A DNA stretch of 37,600 bases, from the NCBI GenBank assembly GCA_020631855.1, contig JACKGU010000001.1:1-37600 (forward strand), given 5' to 3'. Below are positions 25,237 to 32,822 of this stretch, piece after piece. The stretch is from Candidatus Nomurabacteria bacterium (GTDB lineage: Bacteria; Patescibacteriota; WWE3; UBA101185; UBA10185). The notes beneath the pieces are model-generated. The model saw only the letters and a list, made by a program, of their open reading frames with translations, did no database searches and had not been told where the DNA came from. The position numbers were made by a program, and so were the translations under genes. Numbering within the stretch: the first letter of the stretch is position 1; every line of letters begins with the position of its first letter.

Positions 25237-27294
25237 CTATTTAAGTAGGTCGGAATTCCACTGTAAAATATCAGGCCTAAGAGTTTCAATTCGCACAAGG
25301 CTTTCTTTAAATTTTTCCTCCAGCCCCAGTAGATTTTGATATTTTGCTGCTTGTATTTGAACTCCCAGGTCTGTGGGGTAGTCTGTTTGAAGTTTCTCTG
25401 AATAATCTAAAAAATCCCCAATAGTTGCATTATCGATATTATCTTTGCTTGACGGCATGGCTAGATCATTAATGGCCAAGAAATAATAAAGGCCCAACGC
25501 GTCTCTTTTTGTAGCGAGATTGTTCGGGTTTATTTTAATGCCTTTTTCAATGTTGGCGATTGCTTGTTTTTTAAGCTGCGCGTGCATATTAGGTTTAGTG
25601 TCTAGTGTTTGAAGCGTTAAGGCTTTAGCTTTCTGTAGATAGTAATTTGGCTCATATTTCCACAATCTGAGAGCAACGTCTATGTTTTCGTTTGACGCAG
25701 ACACCGAGCCGTTTAATATCGCGTTTCTGGCTTTACTATAAAAGTATTCTGCGGCTGCATATCTTAAAGCAAACACTATTATGAGTACAAAAATTCCAAG
25801 TGTACAAAGCTTGCTCAGTTTGTGCACCGGGCCATTTAATATTCTATTTAATGACTTTATTCTTGCTAGCGTTTCTCTGCTGTTCTGTGTTTTTTGCTCG
25901 AACTTCATAAGAAGCTTGCCGTAGTTATTTAGTTCATCTTCTCCTTCTCTCGTCTCTTTTAAAGCGTAAATTCCAACGATAACAATAAAAATAAATGAAA
26001 GAGCTATACTCGGCCAGCCAAAAAAGTTTGTTATAACTATAGTCGAAAGAGCAGGTGACAGTATTTCATCTTTTCTTCTATATAAATAAGATACCAGCAA
26101 TATGTAGCCGATAAGACCTAAAATACCTTGCTCTGCCAACATTTCCAGATAGTAGTTATGCGGTTTGTTTATGATGTAGTCCCATTCGGACGAAAAATTC
26201 AATGCTGGGGGCCTAAAGTTTTGAAAAACAAACGGAAACGTTTCAGGACCGTATCCTAAAATAAATCGAGCCGGACTTGATGTTGCAAGCTGGATTGTCC
26301 CGAGCCACACCTGCCCTCTTATAAAAGCAGGATCGGAATAGAATCTTTGGTTTGTGTTCGGAAAAGTGTCTGGCGCGTTACTTTTAATGTTGTTTGTAGC
26401 TCTGTTGCTGTACTGTGGGTTTTGCAAAGCGTAGTTAGTTCCCGAAAAGCTTGTTTTTATGTCTTCAAATACGTCGTGGACCCTTTTTGCTAAAGGGGCC
26501 GCACAGACCGTGGAGAATACAAAGAAAAATATTAAAGTGATTCTAAGCTTCTTACACTTTGCTATTATTATGTTTGTTGTTTTATGGATATTTTTCCTCG
26601 AGCTACCTAGCTTCGCGCCGAAAAATATTAACACTAAAAGACCTATAAACAAGCCCGCAAGCGCGGACAAAGAGTAGGTTAAAACAATGACTGAGAATCC
26701 AAGGATGGCGTTTAAGTTATACCAAAAAACGCGTCCTTTTATTTGCTCTTTATTTGTTTGTATCAATAGTGCTAGGTTTAGCAGTATTGTGGTTGCTAAA
26801 TACGATCCGAGCCAATTAGGCTGTCCAAAGGTTCCTCCAATTCTAAAAGTTTGGGTAGAGATATATTGCACCAAAGCAAAAATACTTACTGATAGAGTCG
26901 AGAAGGCGATGGTTTCTATCAATTCTTGCGATTTTTTAGTGTCAATTTTTCTAATAAGAAGGTAAGTAGCAAGCAAAATAATTTGAAATAAAAAAGAATC
27001 CCCGTAGCGTGTGTAGTAGCCAATTAAAGATCCAAGAAAATAGGTTGAAGCTAGAGTAGATAGCGCTAAGAGAATAAAATTTCCTATTACTAGAGCATCG
27101 GTCTCGGAAAACCCTGATTTATATGACAATCTGTCGGCACTTGAGCGATTGTTCTGCTTTTGTGCCATAAAAGCTAGGCTAACAGCTATTAACGTGAAAA
27201 TAAATTTTGAGAACTCGTATGTTTCTTGACCCGGCAACCCTAAAATTATAGGCAGGAGTAAAATAATAAGTTTAATTGACGAAGTAGTCGACAC
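25237..27294 (-). CDS. O-antigen-ligase-family (Wzy_C-type) polytopic membrane protein with C-terminal TPR region
   Basis: 685 aa with a GTG start. Many TM helices are present. GTFGQPNWLGSYL and KPHNYYLEMLAEQGILGL are typical of the family. The C-terminal ~190 aa are TPR-like. Confidence 0.75.
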   Translation of the reverse strand: MSTTSSIKLIILLLPIILGLPGQETYEFSKFIFTLIAVSLAFMAQKQNNRSSADRLSYKSGFSETDALVIGNFILLALSTLASTYFLGSLIGYYTRYGDSFLFQIILLATYLLIRKIDTKKSQELIETIAFSTLSVSIFALVQYISTQTFRIGGTFGQPNWLGSYLATTILLNLALLIQTNKEQIKGRVFWYNLNAILGFSVIVLTYSLSALAGLFIGLLVLIFFGAKLGSSRKNIHKTTNIIIAKCKKLRITLIFFFVFSTVCAAPLAKRVHDVFEDIKTSFSGTNYALQNPQYSNRATNNIKSNAPDTFPNTNQRFYSDPAFIRGQVWLGTIQLATSSPARFILGYGPETFPFVFQNFRPPALNFSSEWDYIINKPHNYYLEMLAEQGILGLIGYILLVSYLYRRKDEILSPALSTIVITNFFGWPSIALSFIFIVIVGIYALKETREGEDELNNYGKLLMKFEQKTQNSRETLARIKSLNRILNGPVHKLSKLCTLGIFVLIIVFALRYAAAEYFYSKARNAILNGSVSASNENIDVALRLWKYEPNYYLQKAKALTLQTLDTKPNMHAQLKKQAIANIEKGIKINPNNLATKRDALGLYYFLAINDLAMPSSKDNIDNATIGDFLDYSEKLQTDYPTDLGVQIQAAKYQNLLGLEEKFKESLVRIETLRPDILQWNSDLLK

Positions 27295-27331
27295 AGCTGT
27301 ATTATACTATGTAAGGAGTAAGTTCTGCCTT

Positions 27332-27898
27332 ATGTTTTCAAAGATTTTAATCAGATTAGTCGACCAAGCTATAGTTCCCGCAATATTACTGTTGGTGTCT
27401 CGTGTTACCTCAATGTTGCTACTTTCTGCAATATTCAATGTTCCTTATGAGCTTACCAACAAAGGATTCACTTTCTTAGAAGTTTCCGATTATGTAAGGA
27501 TAAACTCTTATTCCATGCTATTTATGCTAGTTTGTGTTTTTGTTGGCTTACTCTACATCATGTTGAAGTCATTTATTTTTCATGACACACACATTAATCC
27601 TGTTTTAGCTGCAAGGTTATTTACTCTCAGGCTGGATTCCTTCATTCAAGCGTCTTTTGATCTTTATTCTCAGGGGGCGGTGTGGCTGTCGTATTTATAT
27701 TTGCTAACTGTTGTCATTATAGCAATGGTTTTTACCGGAATGCTTTATAGTTGGATTTTCGTGGTTGCTTTTATTATGTCCATTGTCGCAACTGTCCTTC
27801 TTGTATTTGACATTGAAAATGAGCTTGAATATACAAAAGATTCTAAAGAGGAACAAGCAGATTCTTTAGATGAGTATGTTTTGGAAATGGAGGTTTAG
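27332..27898 (+). CDS. Hypothetical 4-TM membrane protein
   Basis: 188-aa ORF with AAGGAG upstream and hydrophobic helices. No family was recognised. Confidence 0.5.
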   Translation: MFSKILIRLVDQAIVPAILLLVSRVTSMLLLSAIFNVPYELTNKGFTFLEVSDYVRINSYSMLFMLVCVFVGLLYIMLKSFIFHDTHINPVLAARLFTLRLDSFIQASFDLYSQGAVWLSYLYLLTVVIIAMVFTGMLYSWIFVVAFIMSIVATVLLVFDIENELEYTKDSKEEQADSLDEYVLEMEV

Positions 27899-27899
27899 C

Positions 27900-28265
27900 G
27901 TGGATGAGTACCAAGGCTTCAAATCAAAGCACTTACTGAGGGGACTAACTGACGGCCTCTTAATAGCTATGTTTTTAGGTCTTCTCGCAATGCCCATTTC
28001 GGCAATTGGCTTGTTTGCTTATCAAAATTCTAGTTTCTCTTCTGTTGCTTCAAACACTAAATCGCAGGACGACATTCTCTCCCAGCAGCCCGTTATAGAG
28101 CCGGCCTCTCCCTCTGTGGCGGTTCTAGGTGCCCAGAGTGACCCTCTATTAACTGACCTAACTCTTGAGGAGCAGAAGCTCGTCGAGGCCTATATAGAAT
28201 ACCTGAAGCTTAGCCGCCCGCGGGGTGGTAGCGTTCTTGACCTTCAAAATATTCCAAGCAACTAA
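27900..28265 (+). CDS. Hypothetical single-TM protein
   Basis: The preferred start is GTG 27900, directly after the upstream TAG (27896-27898) and 6 nt after GGAGG. The ORF-track ATG at 27870 would overlap the upstream gene by 29 nt. Confidence 0.45.
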   Translation: MDEYQGFKSKHLLRGLTDGLLIAMFLGLLAMPISAIGLFAYQNSSFSSVASNTKSQDDILSQQPVIEPASPSVAVLGAQSDPLLTDLTLEEQKLVEAYIEYLKLSRPRGGSVLDLQNIPSN

Positions 28266-28340
28266 TGTTCAGAGAAGTATTTTTTAAAAATGTTTTTCTC
28301 AGTTCACAAAAATAATTTTTGTATATAATCCTAGATATTT

Positions 28341-29306
28341 TTATAGGGTTGAGAAATATATGAGTATTGAAGGTAGAAGGTAGATCACAAACAAAGTAGC
28401 CACGCCCCATGTTATTACAGAAGCGAACAGCGGTTTATCGGACATGAGTACTCTTGCGGGAGATTCTCCCTCCTCCTTTTCATAAATGACGTACAGATAC
28501 CTAGCGACGCCGTAAATAACAATAGGTATAGTGAGCATCATCCATTTTGGCGAGCTGATTATTGATGGTAGAACTTTAGTTATTGCAGCGTCGTTCGTTT
28601 CCGGAGATATTTGAAAAGCAAATAGAGCGTAGGTAATTATGCAGAATGTAGAGGACATCGAGATCATGCTATTTAAGAGGTTGTCGGGGTAGTGCCTTAG
28701 GGTGTCGCGAGTTTTAATTTGGTCTTTTGTGTCTAAATGTTTAAGAAGTATGGTTTTTTCAGATCTTCTTTTTCCAAACGCCAGGAGAAGCGAAAGGCCA
28801 GTTGTTGTAAGAATTAGCCACGAAGACACCGAGCTTTCGGCCGCAAAACCTCCTGCAAAAACTCTTATTATGAACCCTCCTGCTACAAAAAGAGCTTCCA
28901 AGATTATAATATTTCTTATCTTGATAGAATAGGCAACCTGTATTGCGATATAAAAAATTACTGCCAATGTAAAATACGTGCCGACAAAGAAATATCCCCC
29001 CAACACCGACCCTCCTAGAAGAATAAATATTATTATTTGAGCTTGTTTGGCAGATATTTTTCCTGAGGCAATGGCCCTGTTTCTTTTAATAGGGTGTAGG
29101 CGGTCTTTTGGGGCGTCCATAAGGTCATTAAAAAAATAGATGCCAGAGGAAAGTATACAAAAAACCACCACACCTTTGACAGTGTTAGCAAAAACATTAG
29201 TTTCAAAGAGTGTGCCTGCAAAAACAGGTGCGGCAAAAAGACTTAAGTTTTTAAGCCATTGTCGTGGCCTTGCTGTTCTGATTACGTGATAAATAAACCC
29301 TACCAT
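28341..29306 (-). CDS. UbiA-family prenyltransferase, decaprenyl-phosphate phosphoribosyltransferase (DPPR synthase)-like
   Basis: 321 aa. RPRQWLKNLSLFAAPVFAG and NDLMDAPKDRLHPIKRNRAIASGKIS match the remembered Rv3806c-type pattern. About 8 TM helices are present. Confidence 0.8.
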   Translation of the reverse strand: MVGFIYHVIRTARPRQWLKNLSLFAAPVFAGTLFETNVFANTVKGVVVFCILSSGIYFFNDLMDAPKDRLHPIKRNRAIASGKISAKQAQIIIFILLGGSVLGGYFFVGTYFTLAVIFYIAIQVAYSIKIRNIIILEALFVAGGFIIRVFAGGFAAESSVSSWLILTTTGLSLLLAFGKRRSEKTILLKHLDTKDQIKTRDTLRHYPDNLLNSMISMSSTFCIITYALFAFQISPETNDAAITKVLPSIISSPKWMMLTIPIVIYGVARYLYVIYEKEEGESPARVLMSDKPLFASVITWGVATLFVIYLLPSILIYFSTL

Positions 29307-30099
29307 TACTGTAAATAGTATGTCTTTTTGCCCTTATTTTCAATGGTTTCTTTGATAGAGCCAAGCAGTAAACCTTTGTCGCGCCCGATTTTTTCATTGC
29401 TTTCGCCGTTTCCAATAATGTGGCTCCTGTTGTCCAAATGTCGTCTACAAGTATTATTTCCTTGCCTCTAGAGTCAGCCTTAGCACTAAAGGCATCTTGC
29501 ACATTTTTGTATCTGTTTCTTCTCGTTAGGCCATATTGATGGTACGTATCTATGTTTCTTTTTAGCAAGCCTGAATTTATTTCAAGTTTGAAATGCTTCG
29601 CAAAAATTTCTGCAATTAGTTCCGCTTGATTAAAGCCTCTTTTTTTGAGTTTAGACTTTGAGGGCGGTACCGGAACTATTATTGGAGCACTGTTATACTC
29701 AAAGAGATCTCTAACCCCCGACTGTAGGAGATTATTAGCCGCATTAGTGCTGATTTCCTTTAATATCTCGAAATGTTTTGAACCGAATTTTGCTTCTTTA
29801 ATACAGAGCCTGACGAAACCTGCGTATTCGTAAATTCCTAACGTGGCTTCCGGAGAATACTCGGAAGCGCATAATTTATGTGTTTTGCCATCGATAGTAG
29901 GCTTGTCGCACACAATACAGTTCGAGTTATTTAAGACTTTGAACCAGGCTAGGCAGTCGCTACATAATAAGGCGTTTTCGGACTTGGCTATAGCATCTTT
30001 TAGCACAAACTTAGGCCCATATACCTTTTTTAGTACAGCGTGCCTTGTTTTGCAGAGCACGCAGCTTTTCGGAAAAATTAGGTTGTAAAGATTTTCCAT
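29251..30099 (-). CDS. comF: ComF-family phosphoribosyltransferase-fold protein
   Basis: 282 aa. An N-terminal Cys4 cluster is present (CVLC...CSDC, CIVC...C). The PRTase loop is ILVDDIWTTGATL. The 3' end overlaps the downstream UbiA gene by 56 nt. Confidence 0.8.
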   Translation of the reverse strand: MENLYNLIFPKSCVLCKTRHAVLKKVYGPKFVLKDAIAKSENALLCSDCLAWFKVLNNSNCIVCDKPTIDGKTHKLCASEYSPEATLGIYEYAGFVRLCIKEAKFGSKHFEILKEISTNAANNLLQSGVRDLFEYNSAPIIVPVPPSKSKLKKRGFNQAELIAEIFAKHFKLEINSGLLKRNIDTYHQYGLTRRNRYKNVQDAFSAKADSRGKEIILVDDIWTTGATLLETAKAMKKSGATKVYCLALSKKPLKIRAKRHTIYSNGRVYLSRNQNSKATTMA

Positions 30100-30335
30100 A
30101 AGTTATCCACAATTTAATAAACCCCGTCACTAAAGGTCGGGTATAGTACGACACCCTATAGCGTGTGTGCTTTGTACCTTATAGTACACATATCCTAGCA
30201 CCTCGCCTCGGCCTGTATAAGGTGGTTGTCTATTTTGGGTAGCCATGTATCTAGAGTATTCAGCAGTCGAGGCCCCCGTGGTTTTAAACGAAGCTTTTCA
30301 CTATATATTCTGGCTAAATATTAAGCGCGAATCTT

Positions 30336-30454
30336 ATAATTTCGTTACTTAAAACTACTTAATTAAGCTAGTAGCTGTAGTTTACACAACATGTTGGGCT
30401 TTGCGGCGGAAAGAAATTACAGCAAGCCACCTGCGTAAGCTGGCGGTGGTTGAT
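30336..30454 (+). repeat. Structured intergenic repeat, copy C (full)
   Basis: ATAATTTCGTTACTTAAAACTACTTAATTAAGCTAGTAGCTGTAGTTTACACAACATGTTGGGC...AAATTACAGCAAGCCACCTGCGTAAGCTGGCGGTGGTTGAT. It lies 126 nt upstream of the ABC gene ATG. Confidence 0.9.
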
Positions 30455-30579
30455 AAAACGCCTATTAATATGTTTTCAATAATAATTAATAGCTGTATAC
30501 TTTTATTGTTGCCTTTTTTCTTTCCGCACAACAGTAAACAGTAAAAGGCAACAGGTGGACTCAAAAGCACAGCCAGATT

Positions 30580-32439
30580 ATGTTTAGCAAATACGACAAA
30601 AACAAAATTTTTAGCAACATCTTAACAACAAGGTTTCGCGAAGAAACGTTGCTAGTATTTCGTACGGTGAAAAGGTTCATAAAGTATTCTTGGCAAACAA
30701 ATAAAAAGTTATATTTTATATATTCCTTTATTACAATTTTATTGGCCACGGTGCCCATTGTTATATCTTGGGTCGAGAGTCGTATCATTGACCAGCTTAC
30801 AGGTTATTTACAATCCGAAAATGTTGTTAGGGTAAGCACAGCCCTGTTATTGTTAATTTTAAGCCTAGTCTCGGTCCGTGTTATCAAAAGCCTGTTAGAC
30901 ATTGTCGAGGGCATTCTTAATTTGAAATGGTTCTTTGTGCTGGGTCAAAAGATTAACTTCGATTTCATAAGGAAAGCGTCTATCTTAGATGTGGCCCATT
31001 TCGAAAACAATGAAACTCACAATCTTTTAAACACCTCAGATGAAAATGTTAACCGAGCACTGAACTTATCCGCTAACATAGTAGGGTTTTCCTACCCAAT
31101 TATAGGTTTGCTGTCTAGCGTTGTTATATTGGCAAGCTATAAACCTTCCATTATTTTATTTGCCTTGGTGGCGGTTCTGCCTGCGGCCATTATTGATGTA
31201 GCTTTTGGTAGGAAAAGTTACGGTATTTGGGGTGCAGAAGGGGCAGTCAGAAGGGACTATTACAAATCAAGATGGTATCTAATAGATGCCCAGCAGCTGC
31301 TAGAGGTTAGAGTAAACAAACTTAGAGAATTTCTGCTTGAAAGGGTTTATGGCCTGTATTCTTCATTTGAAGAGAAGCAAACAGAAAACGAAATTAAAAG
31401 GACTAAATATCAAGTTGCATCAAGTGTTTTATTATTCTTTTTTGGGCTTTATACGTACCTTATTCTCGTTAATTCAGTAATCTCTAAAGAAATAACGTTG
31501 GGGGAATTCACCTTTTATATTAGTATGATAGGTATTTTTTCTGGCGGTTTAGCACGTCTTTTGAGTACTTTTTCAAGTATTTACCGTAGTAGCCTTTTTG
31601 TTGATGGGGTTTTTAAAGTTTTTGATCTTGAAAATAAGATTGTTCCGGGCGAGAGGTGCCTTGCAGATAACAAAATTCCTCCGCGTATAGAGTTTAGAAA
31701 TGTAGACTTTTTTTACCCAACTTCTACAGAAGATAACAAGGTTCTCGTTGACTTTAATTTGATTATTAAACCCGGTGAGAAAGTTGCTTTGGTTGGTGTA
31801 AACGGAGCGGGAAAAACCACCATAGTCAAGCTACTCATGCGAATCTACGATGTAACAGGAGGAGAAATCTTAATAGACAATATTCCATTAAAAGATTTGA
31901 GTTTGGAGAACTGGTACTCAAAAATTGGCGCCTTGTTTCAGGAATTTAATTTTTATCATTTTGATGCAAAAACGAATATTGCAACAGGAGATCCTTCGAG
32001 AATGGACGATATAGATGCGGTAGTTGAGGCAGCGAAAAAGTCGGGTGCTCACAGCTTCATTAAAAACTATGAGTACGGGTATGATCAGGTTTTAAGTACC
32101 GTTTTTGAGAAAGGCATTATTCCCTCAGCTGGCCAGAAACAAAAAATTGCTGTAGCAAGAACTTTTTTTAAAGACGCCCCAATCCTTATACTAGATGAGC
32201 CTACTAGTGCAATTGATGCTAAGGCTGAATTTGAGATTTTTGAAAATATTTATACTTTTTCGCAGAATAAAACAGTAATAACTATATCCCACAGATTTTC
32301 AACTGTTCGTAATGCCGACCGAATTCTTGTTTTAGAAAAGGGCAAAATCCTAGAAGACGGTTCTCACAATGAGCTGATGCTTTTAGAAGACGGTGTGTAT
32401 AAAAAAGCTTTTGAATTGCAGAAGAGGGGTTATGTTTAG
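30580..32439 (+). CDS. ABC exporter, fused permease and ATPase (MsbA/type I exporter-like half transporter)
   Basis: 619 aa with 6 TM helices. Walker A is GVNGAGKTT, the signature is PSAGQKQKIAVAR, Walker B is ILILDEPTSAID and the H-loop is ITISHR. Confidence 0.9.
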   Translation: MFSKYDKNKIFSNILTTRFREETLLVFRTVKRFIKYSWQTNKKLYFIYSFITILLATVPIVISWVESRIIDQLTGYLQSENVVRVSTALLLLILSLVSVRVIKSLLDIVEGILNLKWFFVLGQKINFDFIRKASILDVAHFENNETHNLLNTSDENVNRALNLSANIVGFSYPIIGLLSSVVILASYKPSIILFALVAVLPAAIIDVAFGRKSYGIWGAEGAVRRDYYKSRWYLIDAQQLLEVRVNKLREFLLERVYGLYSSFEEKQTENEIKRTKYQVASSVLLFFFGLYTYLILVNSVISKEITLGEFTFYISMIGIFSGGLARLLSTFSSIYRSSLFVDGVFKVFDLENKIVPGERCLADNKIPPRIEFRNVDFFYPTSTEDNKVLVDFNLIIKPGEKVALVGVNGAGKTTIVKLLMRIYDVTGGEILIDNIPLKDLSLENWYSKIGALFQEFNFYHFDAKTNIATGDPSRMDDIDAVVEAAKKSGAHSFIKNYEYGYDQVLSTVFEKGIIPSAGQKQKIAVARTFFKDAPILILDEPTSAIDAKAEFEIFENIYTFSQNKTVITISHRFSTVRNADRILVLEKGKILEDGSHNELMLLEDGVYKKAFELQKRGYV

Positions 32440-32476
32440 CTTTGTGGGATATTTTTGCCCCCAGAACTCGTTTTTT

Positions 32477-32593
32477 ATAATTTCGTTACTTAATACTATT
32501 TACGCAAGATAGTAGATGTAGTTTGCCCAACATGCTGGGCTTTGCAACTTAAAGAAATTACAGCAAACTACTTGCGTAAGCTGGTGGTGGTTG
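32477..32593 (+). repeat. Structured intergenic repeat, copy D1 (full, 117 bp)
   Basis: It starts 38 nt after the ABC stop codon and is head-to-tail with D2. Confidence 0.9.
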
Positions 32594-32712
32594 ATAATTT
32601 CGTTACTTAATACTATTTACGCAAGATAGTAGATGTAGTTTGCCCAGTATGTTGGTCTTTGCAACGTAAAGAAATTACAGCAAGCCACCTGCGTAAGCTG
32701 GTGGTGGTTGAT
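32594..32712 (+). repeat. Structured intergenic repeat, copy D2 (full)
   Basis: This is the second unit of the tandem pair. Hairpin 2 (CCACC-T-GC-GTAA-GC-T-GGTGG) lies at 32685-32704. Confidence 0.9.
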
Positions 32713-32734
32713 AATAAGTTTCTCTGTCATAAAA

Positions 32735-32769
32735 AGCCGCTTTTGTAGTTTTCAAGGCGGCTCGTTTTT
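32735..32769 (+). terminator. Intrinsic terminator candidate downstream of the ABC gene and the D1/D2 repeats
   Basis: AGCCGC-(16-nt loop)-GCGGCT is followed by CGTTTTT. Confidence 0.45.
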
Positions 32770-32822
32770 GAATATCCTTTTTTTATGTCATACTTAGAAC
32801 AATAGTTGCAACTTATAAGAGA

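Noticed and set aside
32477-32712. Whether the tandem repeats could be a CRISPR array.
   Set aside because: The units are 117 bp and abut directly with no spacers. There are only two units, other copies are dispersed singly, and no cas genes are present.
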